Shown here one piece after another: positions 14,540-23,686 of a DNA stretch of 39,728 nt. Under the pieces are notes generated by a model. It saw only the letters and a program-made list of their open reading frames with translations, did not search any database and was not told where the DNA came from. This DNA comes from Bacteroidia bacterium (GTDB lineage: Bacteria > Bacteroidota > Bacteroidia > Bacteroidales > GCA-2748055). How positions within the stretch are numbered: position 1 is the first letter of the stretch; the number at the start of each line of letters is the position of its first letter. The stretch lies in assembly GCA_030596245.1 (NCBI GenBank), contig JAUVKN010000001.1, positions 1-39,728 on the forward strand, read 5' to 3'. The position numbers and the translations under genes were made by a program.

Positions 14540-17500
14540 ATGATCAGGAACCCATACCCATCTCATCCTCTTTTTCCCGGACTGACAGAATCACTTAAGG
14601 AGACAGCGTGCCAGGTTCAGTACCTTGACGGGCTTTCCGGCTCTTCCAGGTCTACCCTGATCCATGCCTGCCTGAATGAATTGAAGGGACCACACCTGAT
14701 CCTGTTTCACGATAAGGAGGAAGCTGCCTATTTCTATACCGATCTGGTCACTCTTGAGGGAACACCGGACAGGACCCTGTTCTTTCCCTCCTCCTATAAA
14801 AGATCGGTTCAGTACCAACAGACCGATGAAGCCAATATCATTACCCGGACCCAGACTCTCAGGCGCCTGACGGAGCGGAGGGTGGCAAGCTTTATCATCT
14901 CCTACGCAGAAGCCCTGGTGGAATCTGTGGTGACCCGGCGACAGCTGGGGGAGACCACCCTTGAAGTAAAACAGGGGGAGAAAATCGACATGGCTTTCCT
15001 GGAGGAAGTGTTAGAGACCTATGGATTTCAACTGGTTGAGTTTGTGTATGAACCCGGACAATACTCCATCAGGGGAGGCATCGCAGATGTATTTTCCTAT
15101 GCTTCCAGTCACCCTTGTCGCATCGACTTCTTTGATGATGAAGTGGATTCTATCCGGATCTTTGATACAGATACCCAGCGATCCCTGGAGACGGTAAAAA
15201 AGGTGAACATCATTCCCAACATCCAATGGGAAAATGAGATGGGAGAGAAACGCATCTCATTTCTGGACTACATTCCTGCAGGGACAACCCTGTGGATGGA
15301 TCATCCAGACCTGATAACCGACCACATTCAATCCCTGTACGACCGGACAGAATTGGAGACCGATGCAGAAATGAAGATCGACAAATCAAAATTCCTTAAG
15401 TCAGGCCAAGAGATCAAAGCGCAGATGGGGCAATTTGGACAGGTGATCTTCGGAATGGTCAACCAGGGAAAAGAGTATAGTTCCTGGAGTTTCCGGACCT
15501 CTCCACAACCCGCTTTTCAAAAGAATTTTGAGATGCTCACCTCTCATATGAAGGAGCGTACTGCCGAAGGATATACCAATTATATCCTCTCCGATAATGA
15601 GAAACAACTGGAGCGACTACGTGCCATTTTTGAAGAGATTGATCCGGAATTGCAGTACCAGGCCATCTCCAATACCATTCATGAGGGTTACCTGGATCAC
15701 GACCTGAAATTATCATTCTATACCGACCATCAAATCTTTGAACGGTACCACAAATTCAGGTTCCATGATCGGTTCAGCAGGAGAGAATCTGTATCGGTCA
15801 AAGAATTGATCGGCCTCAACCCTGGTGATTATGTGGTGCATGTGGATCATGGTATCGGAGTTTTTGGGGGACTTGAAAAGATCGATGTGAACGGGAAAAT
15901 CCAGGAGGCCATTAAACTGGTGTACAAAGACCAGGATGTGCTCTACGTCAACATCCACTCCCTGCATCGCATCTCCAAATACAAGGGAAAAGAGTCAGGA
16001 CCGCCCAAAATCTATAAGCTTGGGACCGGTGCATGGCAGAAGCTGAAAAACAATACCAAAAAGAAGGTACAGGACATTGCCCGGGAGCTGATCCTGTTGT
16101 ATGCCCGAAGAAAGGATCAGAAAGGATTTGCATTTTCGCAGGACACCTACCTGCAGCAAGAACTGGAATCTTCTTTTATATATGAAGATACGCCAGATCA
16201 ATTAAAGGCTACCGCAGATGTGAAGAGTGGAATGGAAGCGAAATTTCCCATGGATCGGCTGGTATGCGGGGATGTGGGTTTCGGCAAGACCGAAGTTGCC
16301 ATACGGGCAGCTTTTAAGGCTGTCACCGACAGCAAACAGGTGGCAATACTGGTCCCCACCACCATACTGGCTTTCCAGCACTACAACACCTTTAAGGAGA
16401 GGCTGAAAAGATTCCCCTGCAGTGTGGATTACCTGAGCAGATTTCGAAGTTATGCCGATCAGAAACGCATTGTTACGAAACTTATTGAAGGTGAGATCGA
16501 CATTATTATCGGAACCCATAAGCTGGTAAGCAAAGATATCGCTTTCAAGGACCTGGGATTACTCATCATTGATGAGGAACAAAAGTTCGGGGTAAGTGTG
16601 AAGGAGAAACTGAAGCAGCTGAAACTGAATGTGGACACCCTTACCCTGACAGCCACTCCCATTCCCAGAACCCTTCAATTCTCGCTGATGGGATCCAGGG
16701 ACCTCTCCATCATCAATACACCACCACCCAACCGTCACCCCATCATCACCGAACTGCATCCCTTCAATGAGGATATCATCAAAGAGGCCATTGAATATGA
16801 GGTGAGCCGTGGTGGACAAGTTTTCTTTATTCACAACCGGGTACAAAATATACTGGAAATCAAGGATATAGTAGATCGCTTGCTGCCCGATGTCCGGTCG
16901 GTGGCAGCCCACGGTCAGATGGAGGGAAAGAAGCTGGAGTCGGTCATACTTGATTTTATGCAGGGAGATTATGATGTACTGATTGCCACCACCATCGTCG
17001 AATCGGGACTGGACATCCCCAATGCCAACACAATAATTATCAACAACGGACAGCACTTTGGACTAAGTGACTTGCACCAGCTCAGGGGACGTGTGGGCCG
17101 GTCCAACAAAAAAGCCTTCTGCTACATTTTTGCACCTCCTGTTACCCTCCTCTCATCTGAAGCCAGAAGAAGACTGAAAGCTGTGGAGGAGTTTTCAGCG
17201 CTGGGGAGCGGATTAAACATTGCTTTACAGGATCTGGATATCCGTGGTGCCGGCAACCTCCTGGGCGCGGAACAGAGTGGTTTTATTGCAGATATAGGGT
17301 TTTATGCGTACAACAGGATCCTCAATGAGGCCATCCTTGAACTGAAAGAGACCGAATTTAGTGATCTATATGAAAAACCCGTTGAATCGACCTTGGATGA
17401 AGAGGTGCTTCTTCCTGATTGTCATATCGATACAGACCTTGAATTGCTGTTTCCTGATAGCTATGTTTCTAACATCAGTGAACGGGTGGAACTCTACAGG

Positions 17501-17866
17501 AAACTTGATGCCATTGGCAATGAAAAGGCGATGGAGGAGTTCCGCGAAATGCTCACCGACAGATTTGGTCCATTACCATCTCCATCGGAAGAATTATTGC
17601 AAGTTGTAGAGCTTAGATGGCTGGCCCAGCGTAGTGGTGTTGAAAAAATAGTGTTGAAGAAAAGCGTATTGATCACGTATTTTGTAAGTAATCCGGAATC
17701 TCTCTTCTACAGTTCTCAAAAGTTTAAGGAGGTGATCGGAAACATTCAGGCAAATCCGGGTATTTTCCGCATGAGGGAGGACCAGGATAAACTGAGCCTG
17801 CGAAGCGATCAGGTAGATTCTGTTCAGAAAGCATATCAAATAATGCAGAAACTAAGTAACGGATAG
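14540..17866 (+). CDS. mfd: Transcription-repair coupling factor
   Basis: 1108 aa. UvrB-homology N-terminus, CarD-like region (GDYVVHVDHGIG), superfamily-2 helicase motifs (GDVGFGKTEVA, IIDEEQKFG, QLRGRVGRS) and a TRG/C-terminal domain. Confidence 0.95.
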   Translation: MIRNPYPSHPLFPGLTESLKETACQVQYLDGLSGSSRSTLIHACLNELKGPHLILFHDKEEAAYFYTDLVTLEGTPDRTLFFPSSYKRSVQYQQTDEANIITRTQTLRRLTERRVASFIISYAEALVESVVTRRQLGETTLEVKQGEKIDMAFLEEVLETYGFQLVEFVYEPGQYSIRGGIADVFSYASSHPCRIDFFDDEVDSIRIFDTDTQRSLETVKKVNIIPNIQWENEMGEKRISFLDYIPAGTTLWMDHPDLITDHIQSLYDRTELETDAEMKIDKSKFLKSGQEIKAQMGQFGQVIFGMVNQGKEYSSWSFRTSPQPAFQKNFEMLTSHMKERTAEGYTNYILSDNEKQLERLRAIFEEIDPELQYQAISNTIHEGYLDHDLKLSFYTDHQIFERYHKFRFHDRFSRRESVSVKELIGLNPGDYVVHVDHGIGVFGGLEKIDVNGKIQEAIKLVYKDQDVLYVNIHSLHRISKYKGKESGPPKIYKLGTGAWQKLKNNTKKKVQDIARELILLYARRKDQKGFAFSQDTYLQQELESSFIYEDTPDQLKATADVKSGMEAKFPMDRLVCGDVGFGKTEVAIRAAFKAVTDSKQVAILVPTTILAFQHYNTFKERLKRFPCSVDYLSRFRSYADQKRIVTKLIEGEIDIIIGTHKLVSKDIAFKDLGLLIIDEEQKFGVSVKEKLKQLKLNVDTLTLTATPIPRTLQFSLMGSRDLSIINTPPPNRHPIITELHPFNEDIIKEAIEYEVSRGGQVFFIHNRVQNILEIKDIVDRLLPDVRSVAAHGQMEGKKLESVILDFMQGDYDVLIATTIVESGLDIPNANTIIINNGQHFGLSDLHQLRGRVGRSNKKAFCYIFAPPVTLLSSEARRRLKAVEEFSALGSGLNIALQDLDIRGAGNLLGAEQSGFIADIGFYAYNRILNEAILELKETEFSDLYEKPVESTLDEEVLLPDCHIDTDLELLFPDSYVSNISERVELYRKLDAIGNEKAMEEFREMLTDRFGPLPSPSEELLQVVELRWLAQRSGVEKIVLKKSVLITYFVSNPESLFYSSQKFKEVIGNIQANPGIFRMREDQDKLSLRSDQVDSVQKAYQIMQKLSNG

Positions 17867-17871
17867 CACAG

Positions 17872-18612
17872 ATGAACCTTGTTCTCGACCTTGGAAATAG
17901 TTTTGGAAAGATCGCTGTTTGCGAAGGCACCCAGGTGATTGAAGCTGCCACCTACGAAAAAGTCACCAGCAAGGAGATAGCCTATTTTCATGCCCGTTAT
18001 GCAGGCCTGAAAGGAGCAATTATCTCTTCGGTGGTGAATTACTCCAGAGAGATCATCGACTACCTGAGCAACCTCTACAACACCTGTATCGAGCTGGATC
18101 ACTCCACTCCAATTCCCCTGAAAAACAGGTACCGAACCCCGGATACCCTGGGTTACGACCGAATTGCTGCTGCAGTAGGGGCATATACTATTTGTCCGGG
18201 TAAAAACGTTCTGGTAATAGATGCCGGAACGGCCATCACCTATGATATTGTTACATCGAAAGGTGAATACCTTGGGGGAAATATATCCACGGGCCTGGAA
18301 ATACGGTTTAAATCACTGAACAAGTACACCAACCGTCTGCCACACCTGGAACGTCCCAATGAGCAACCACCTCTATTGGGAACCAGTACCAGGGAGGCCA
18401 TCCAATCGGGCATCGTGAACGGATTGCTGTTCGAGATGGACGGATTCATTGGCGCCTTTAGTCAGGACCACCCTACATTACAGGTGGTTTTAACGGGGGG
18501 AGATGCAAAATACTTTGTAGGAAAGTTAAAAAGTAGCATCTTTGTGGACCTGAATCTGAACCTGATCGGACTTAACAGAATACTGGAGCACAATGCATCT
18601 GAGAAAATATAG
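17872..18612 (+). CDS. coaX: Type III pantothenate kinase
   Basis: 246 aa. MNLVLDLGNS...GYDRIAAAVGA...VIDAGTAITYD...GGNISTG... typical CoaX/ASKHA motifs. Confidence 0.85.
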   Translation: MNLVLDLGNSFGKIAVCEGTQVIEAATYEKVTSKEIAYFHARYAGLKGAIISSVVNYSREIIDYLSNLYNTCIELDHSTPIPLKNRYRTPDTLGYDRIAAAVGAYTICPGKNVLVIDAGTAITYDIVTSKGEYLGGNISTGLEIRFKSLNKYTNRLPHLERPNEQPPLLGTSTREAIQSGIVNGLLFEMDGFIGAFSQDHPTLQVVLTGGDAKYFVGKLKSSIFVDLNLNLIGLNRILEHNASEKI

Positions 18613-19906
18613 AAACCTGATTGTAACTTTTCCTGTCACCCTTATTATCACCCTTCTTGTCACGACACCACTGTTAAGCCAGTTCAATACCTATTCACCT
18701 TACACCCGGTTTGCACTGGGTGACCTGGCAAAACCGGGAATCGGACAGAACCAGGCCATGGGAGGCACCGGTCTTGCCATTCATGAAAACAACAGGATCA
18801 ATTACCTGAATCCGGCTTCCTTCTCAGCCCTTGACAGCACTTCGGTCTACTTTGATTTTGGGGCCAATACTTTTCACAATGAGTATAAGACAGAACAACA
18901 TACCAATACCTGGTGGAACATGAATCTGCACCATGTGGCGTTTGCCTCTTCCATGGGCAAATACTTCGGAGTTTCTGCAGGAATTATTCCCTACAGCAGC
19001 ATCGGGTACAACATCAAACAGGAATATAACGATTATATAAACGGAGAGGCAATGGACACCTATTATAAAGGGGATGGGGGTATCATGAACTTTTATGTGG
19101 GTACTGCGGTGAAACTATTCGACCAGATCTCTGTGGGTGTTACCATGAACTATCTGATGGGGAGACTTACCCGGGAACGCCAGGTGGATTTTCCAACAAA
19201 CTCAGCCTACTCATCCATCTCTACGCAAGAGGATTTCGATCTCAGGAAACCAATTTTCAGTTTTGGCTTACAATACAATAAGGTCATTAAAGATAAGTTT
19301 TTCTTTACCCTTGGGGGCATATACGATCTGAAAACCAATGTTAATGCCAATTTACAATACGAGGCTGTGAATGAAATCTACCCATTTGATACGATCTCAA
19401 TCAATGATCAATTGATCCGCCCCGCATACATCCTTGGACAGGACACCACCCTCAGAAGTTTTACCATCCCCCAGAAAAAAGGTGTGGGCATCGCGCTGGG
19501 CATACCCAACAAATTGACCGTTACAGGTGACTATTACATGCAGGACTGGACAGGTTCTATGTCAGGGGAAAACTATACCACCACCAATGCCACATCCATG
19601 CATTTTGGCGCTGAGTATACCCCTGATGCTGAAGCCCTAAGAGGTTTTCACAAGCTTATGACATACCGTCTTGGAGGGTATTACTCCAACTACTATCTGC
19701 AGGTGAACGATACCCAATTGGAAGACTATGGCATAACTTTTGGACTGGGGTTACCGATAAGAACCATGAAATCGAGCATAAATGTGGCTTTCACACTGGG
19801 CACCAGGGGTACTACCGAGTACAATTTAGTGGAAGAAAATTATGGAATTATTACATTTAATGTAACTTTACACGATCTGTGGTTCCGGAAACGGAGATTT
19901 GATTAA
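18593..19906 (+). CDS. Predicted outer-membrane beta-barrel protein (unassigned family)
   Basis: 437 aa. Signal/TM N-terminus (LIVTFPVTLIITLLVTTPLLSQ) and Gly/aromatic alternating strands throughout. Overlaps the coaX end by 20 nt. Confidence 0.55.
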   Translation: MHLRKYRNLIVTFPVTLIITLLVTTPLLSQFNTYSPYTRFALGDLAKPGIGQNQAMGGTGLAIHENNRINYLNPASFSALDSTSVYFDFGANTFHNEYKTEQHTNTWWNMNLHHVAFASSMGKYFGVSAGIIPYSSIGYNIKQEYNDYINGEAMDTYYKGDGGIMNFYVGTAVKLFDQISVGVTMNYLMGRLTRERQVDFPTNSAYSSISTQEDFDLRKPIFSFGLQYNKVIKDKFFFTLGGIYDLKTNVNANLQYEAVNEIYPFDTISINDQLIRPAYILGQDTTLRSFTIPQKKGVGIALGIPNKLTVTGDYYMQDWTGSMSGENYTTTNATSMHFGAEYTPDAEALRGFHKLMTYRLGGYYSNYYLQVNDTQLEDYGITFGLGLPIRTMKSSINVAFTLGTRGTTEYNLVEENYGIITFNVTLHDLWFRKRRFD

Positions 19907-19926
19907 ACCATGTAAACCTTGACAGC

Positions 19927-21282
19927 ATGAAAACTAAAATCCTCAAAACCATATTCTTGGCGATACTGTCCCTTTTGTTTATTCTGCCCGCCAGTTCACA
20001 AAAAGGAATTGAGGACGGATCCAAATACGGTAAAGGTCAGGATAGCATCAATTGCATCAAGAACCTCTCACTTTACAGAGAGTTTTTTAAGCACAGCAAT
20101 TACAAGGATGCCATTGGCCCATGGCGGGGAGTGTTCGGCGAATGCCCTGCATCAAGCGAACGGATGTATGTTGAAGGAATTACCATGTACCGCAGTTTCA
20201 TTGAGTCAGCTTCCGACCCTGTAAGGAAGGATGCCCTGATTGACACCATGTTGCTCATTTATGACAGGCGCGCCAAGTATTATGGGGGGGAAGGGAATGT
20301 CCTCGGAAGAAAAGGGATCGATTTGCTTCGCTACCGCAGACTTGATAGTGAAGGCAGTCCTGATGTAGATGCTATGGAAGAGGGTTATGGCTATCTGAAG
20401 CGGAGCATTGAAATCCAAAAAAGTAAGACCAGGGATGCAGTAATGGTCACGTTTATTTCAGCAAGTATCTCCCTGAACAACTTTGAAAGAATAGAGGACA
20501 ATCAGGTAATTGATGATTACTTTATGGTAACTGCCATCATTGATAAGCTACTGACTAAAAGCTCCCGCTGGCCACGTGCCAAAGGCCTCATCGATGACAA
20601 CATGCTGAAAAGCGGGTTGCTTACATGTGAGGCACTGAATGGCTATTTTGAACCTCAATACCAGGCAAATCAGGATGACAAGGAGTTCCTTGAGAAAGTA
20701 ATCACATTCTATACGGCCGCAGGATGTGACCGGTCTGATCTTTATGTGACAGTCTCTGAAAAAATGTACGAAATTGAACCGGGCCCTAAGTCAGCACACA
20801 ACCTGGCCATCCTGTTTATAGCCAAAAATGATTTCCATAAAGCCGCTCAATATTTAAAGGAAGCTGTGGTGGGTATCGACATAGACAATGCCACAAGAGC
20901 AGACTGGTTCTATGAACTGGCCGTTGTGAGCAGTGCGAACAAAGATTACTGCGATGCAATTATCTACGCAAAAGAGGCCGTTGCCAATAAAAGTAATCAT
21001 GGCAAAGCTTATATTATCATGGGGGATGCAATTATTGCTTCCCGTGACAGACTGGGGGACGATTTTGAAAAGAGCACTGCCTTCTGGGTTGCTGCTGACA
21101 AATACACCAAGGCCAAAAGTGTAGATCCCAGTGTAACTGCTGATGCCAATAAAAAGCTGAATAATTATGCCGGTCATTATCCCAACCACGAAGAGGTCTT
21201 CTTCAGGGACTTAAAAGATGGCGATTCCTACCAGGTAAAGGGGTGTATAAACGAGTATACCACCGTAAGGTCAAGGAAATAA
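19927..21282 (+). CDS. Secreted helical-repeat (TPR-like) protein
   Basis: 451 aa. Signal peptide MKTKILKTIFLAILSLLFILPASSQ. Helix-rich with TPR-like blocks (AAQYLKEAV, DYCDAIIYAKEAVA, GKAYIIMGDA). Function not recognisable. Confidence 0.5.
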   Translation: MKTKILKTIFLAILSLLFILPASSQKGIEDGSKYGKGQDSINCIKNLSLYREFFKHSNYKDAIGPWRGVFGECPASSERMYVEGITMYRSFIESASDPVRKDALIDTMLLIYDRRAKYYGGEGNVLGRKGIDLLRYRRLDSEGSPDVDAMEEGYGYLKRSIEIQKSKTRDAVMVTFISASISLNNFERIEDNQVIDDYFMVTAIIDKLLTKSSRWPRAKGLIDDNMLKSGLLTCEALNGYFEPQYQANQDDKEFLEKVITFYTAAGCDRSDLYVTVSEKMYEIEPGPKSAHNLAILFIAKNDFHKAAQYLKEAVVGIDIDNATRADWFYELAVVSSANKDYCDAIIYAKEAVANKSNHGKAYIIMGDAIIASRDRLGDDFEKSTAFWVAADKYTKAKSVDPSVTADANKKLNNYAGHYPNHEEVFFRDLKDGDSYQVKGCINEYTTVRSRK

Positions 21283-21302
21283 GCACAACTATCTCATATA
21301 AG

Positions 21303-21330
21303 AAAGGCTGTCTCATCGACGGCTTTTTTT
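21303..21330 (+). terminator. Rho-independent terminator after CDS 19927..21282
   Basis: aaaggctgtc (21303-21312) pairs with gacggctttt (21318-21327), with two G-U pairs and loop tcatc. The T-run extends to 21330. Confidence 0.65.
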
Positions 21331-21488
21331 ATTATTCTGCAGGATATTCCAAACCTCGCTGAATTTAGCAATGCTGAGCTCGCAAGCTCGGTTCTTTGTT
21401 TCACAAAAAAATATAGGCTTCGGTTTAGGAAATCCTACAGAAAAAAAAAGCCTGCCCCCTGGAGCAGATGTTTTATGAACAACCTTAG

Positions 21489-21505
21489 TTTGTGCAATGC
21501 ACAAA
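21489..21505. promoter_or_regulatory. Perfect 17-bp palindrome TTTGTGCAaTGCACAAA (possible operator)
   Basis: tttgtgca (21489-21496), a (21497), tgcacaaa (21498-21505). It lies about 60 nt upstream of the likely lptC-like start. Confidence 0.3.
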
Positions 21506-21562
21506 GTTCAGCTGCGTTATAACAATGGCGGAAGGAAGCAGCTTTTTTTTATCTTTGTGAAG

Positions 21563-22126
21563 ATGAGTGTTTCAATCATATACCGGGCGGTCGCCCTGCT
21601 AGTTCTGACTATGCTGTTCGGGGGGTGTGAGAATGACATTGAAAGGATTAATTTACTCACAGATGAGACTAAAACACCAAGAATAAAAGGCTCCAACATT
21701 GAGGTCATATACAGCGACTCGGCCAAGGTCCAGGTCCAGATTCTATCACCCTCATATCAGCAGTTTTTAGATGTGGAGCGCCCCTATATGGAGTTTCCTG
21801 ATGGTCTGGAAGTCTACTTTTACGACGATTCTATGAAGGTTGAATCGGAGATCAGGTCCGATTACGCTATCTATTATTCTGAAGAACGGTTGTGGCATGC
21901 CATAGGCAATGTGGTGGCACGGCGTCTCGACAATGGGGATGCACTTCACACCGATGAATTGTTCTGGGATGAAGGAAAAAAGTTTATCTATTCAGACTCC
22001 TACACCAGGATCCAGAACGAAGATGGTACTTTCTACGGAAAAAGAGGATTCGAATCACACCAGAACCTTACAAACTGGCAATTAAAAGGTACCAGTGGAA
22101 CAGTAAATGTATCAGATGAAGAATAG
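21563..22126 (+). CDS. lptC: LptC-like periplasmic LPS-export protein (lipoprotein form)
   Basis: I prefer the ATG at 21563 (MSVSIIYRAVALLVLTMLFGGC is a lipobox) over the track start at 21497. The body (IEVIYSDSAKVQVQI...LEVYFYD...HTDELFWDEGKKFIYSDS) resembles Bacteroidota LptC/OstA-like beta-jellyrolls. From memory only. Confidence 0.55.
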   Translation: MSVSIIYRAVALLVLTMLFGGCENDIERINLLTDETKTPRIKGSNIEVIYSDSAKVQVQILSPSYQQFLDVERPYMEFPDGLEVYFYDDSMKVESEIRSDYAIYYSEERLWHAIGNVVARRLDNGDALHTDELFWDEGKKFIYSDSYTRIQNEDGTFYGKRGFESHQNLTNWQLKGTSGTVNVSDEE

Positions 22127-22301
22127 CGCATCAGGATTATTTGAAGTGGTTTGGTTTGTACTGGGCGGACTCATGCTTTTCATGGCAGTTGATGTTACAC
22201 AGAGCTCCGGATTTAGTGACAGCTGGTACTATTATCTCTTCTCCATACTGGCCTTTCTTATCTATTTTTTCAGGAGAAGAATGCGAATTTCACGCCGTTA
22301 A
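22107..22301 (+). CDS. Small two-TM membrane protein (hypothetical)
   Basis: 64 aa (or 61 aa from the ATG at 22116). Two hydrophobic helices (LFEVVWFVLGGLMLFMAV, YYYLFSILAFLIYFF) and a basic tail RRRMRISRR. Wedged between lptC-like (20-nt overlap) and the next gene (3-nt gap). Confidence 0.4.
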   Translation: MYQMKNSASGLFEVVWFVLGGLMLFMAVDVTQSSGFSDSWYYYLFSILAFLIYFFRRRMRISRR

Positions 22302-22304
22302 AAC

Positions 22305-23582
22305 ATGAACTATCTCATTCTGATCTTCCTTATTCTGGTTTCCATCCTCTTTTCAGCATTCTTTTCGGGGATGGAAATCGCATTTATATCGGCTAACAAA
22401 CTTAGAATTGAAATTGACAAAAAGCAGAAGAAATTATTTGCCGGAATCGTCAGCTTTTTTACCAAGCAGCCATCCAGGTTTATTGCCACCATGCTGGTGG
22501 GGAACAACATTGCACTGGTTATTTACGGGATTTCCTTCGCCATGCTGCTGGAAGAACCCATCACAACCTTAATAGGAGATAAATCCGATATTGCCTTATT
22601 AATGGTCCAGACTCTGATCTCAACATTGATAATACTACTCACAGCTGAATTCCTGCCCAAAACCCTTTTCAGGATAAACCCTAACAACTCCTTGCGTCTT
22701 CTCAGCATACCCATCATGGTATTCTACGTGATCCTCTATCCGATTATGCTGCTTACCATCGGTATCTCCAATTTCACCATGAGATATCTGCTACGGGTTC
22801 GGCCCGATACAGAAACCACCAAGCCTGTTTTCAGCAAGGTAGACCTGGATCATTTTCTGACCACAGTACAACCCGAACAAAAAACCGGCAATGAAGAGAT
22901 CGAAGACCTGAAGATCTTTAAAAATGCATTGGAATTCTCCAGTCTAAAGGTGAGGGATTGCATGATCCCTCGTACCGATGTGGTTGCCCTTATGATCGAG
23001 GCTTCGCTGGATGAACTGACACAACGGTTCATCGAAACCGGACTCAGCAGGATCCTTATCTACAATGATACCATCGATAATGTGATAGGATATGTCAACT
23101 CAAAAGACCTGTACCGAAAGCCCGATCAGATTAAATCATATCTGAAACCCATCCAGATTGTACCCGAAACACTCCCTGTGAATCAACTACTTACTGGATT
23201 TATAAAGGATGGTAAGAGCATTGCACTGGTTGTGGACGAATTTGGCGGAACTTCGGGTATCATCACCACTGAGGACATTATAGAGGAGATCTTTGGTGAA
23301 ATTGAGGATGAACATGATACCCGTGATCTGGTGGAAAAAATGCTGGACGAATACCGTTACCTGTTATCAGGGCGACATGAGATCGATTATCTCAATGAAA
23401 AGTATTTCCTGGCTATTCCCGAATCGGAAGAGTATGATACCCTTGCGGGTTATATTATCTATCATTACGAGAGTATCCCCGAAAAAGAGACCACAGTAGC
23501 CCTTGATAACTTCCTGATTACCATAACAGATGTGAGCTCAAACCGCATCGAAGAGGTAGAGCTGAAGGTGATCCATTCCTAA
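22305..23582 (+). CDS. CNNM(DUF21)-CBS pair-CorC/HlyC domain membrane protein (hemolysin/GldE-like family)
   Basis: 425 aa. N-terminal 4-TM DUF21 region, CBS-like region (VRDCMIPRTDV...NVIGYVNSKDL), and the CorC_HlyC C-terminus (GGTSGIITTEDIIEEIFGEIEDEHD...LAGYIIYHYESIPEK). Confidence 0.8.
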   Translation: MNYLILIFLILVSILFSAFFSGMEIAFISANKLRIEIDKKQKKLFAGIVSFFTKQPSRFIATMLVGNNIALVIYGISFAMLLEEPITTLIGDKSDIALLMVQTLISTLIILLTAEFLPKTLFRINPNNSLRLLSIPIMVFYVILYPIMLLTIGISNFTMRYLLRVRPDTETTKPVFSKVDLDHFLTTVQPEQKTGNEEIEDLKIFKNALEFSSLKVRDCMIPRTDVVALMIEASLDELTQRFIETGLSRILIYNDTIDNVIGYVNSKDLYRKPDQIKSYLKPIQIVPETLPVNQLLTGFIKDGKSIALVVDEFGGTSGIITTEDIIEEIFGEIEDEHDTRDLVEKMLDEYRYLLSGRHEIDYLNEKYFLAIPESEEYDTLAGYIIYHYESIPEKETTVALDNFLITITDVSSNRIEEVELKVIHS

Positions 23583-23686
23583 TAGGCTAAATTTCATCCA
23601 TACTATTATTATTATACCTCTAATTATTACTATATTCGTACGCTCAAATTTTTAGGAATAAACATCGTTTAAATAGTTTTATATAA

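Noticed and set aside
21497-21562. Track start at 21497 for the lptC-like gene, and ORF 21313..21504 (-)
   Set aside because: The ATG at 21497 lies in the centre of a perfect palindrome and adds a basic, non-signal extension ahead of a lipoprotein signal that starts at 21563. The 63-aa minus ORF spans a terminator and has no support.
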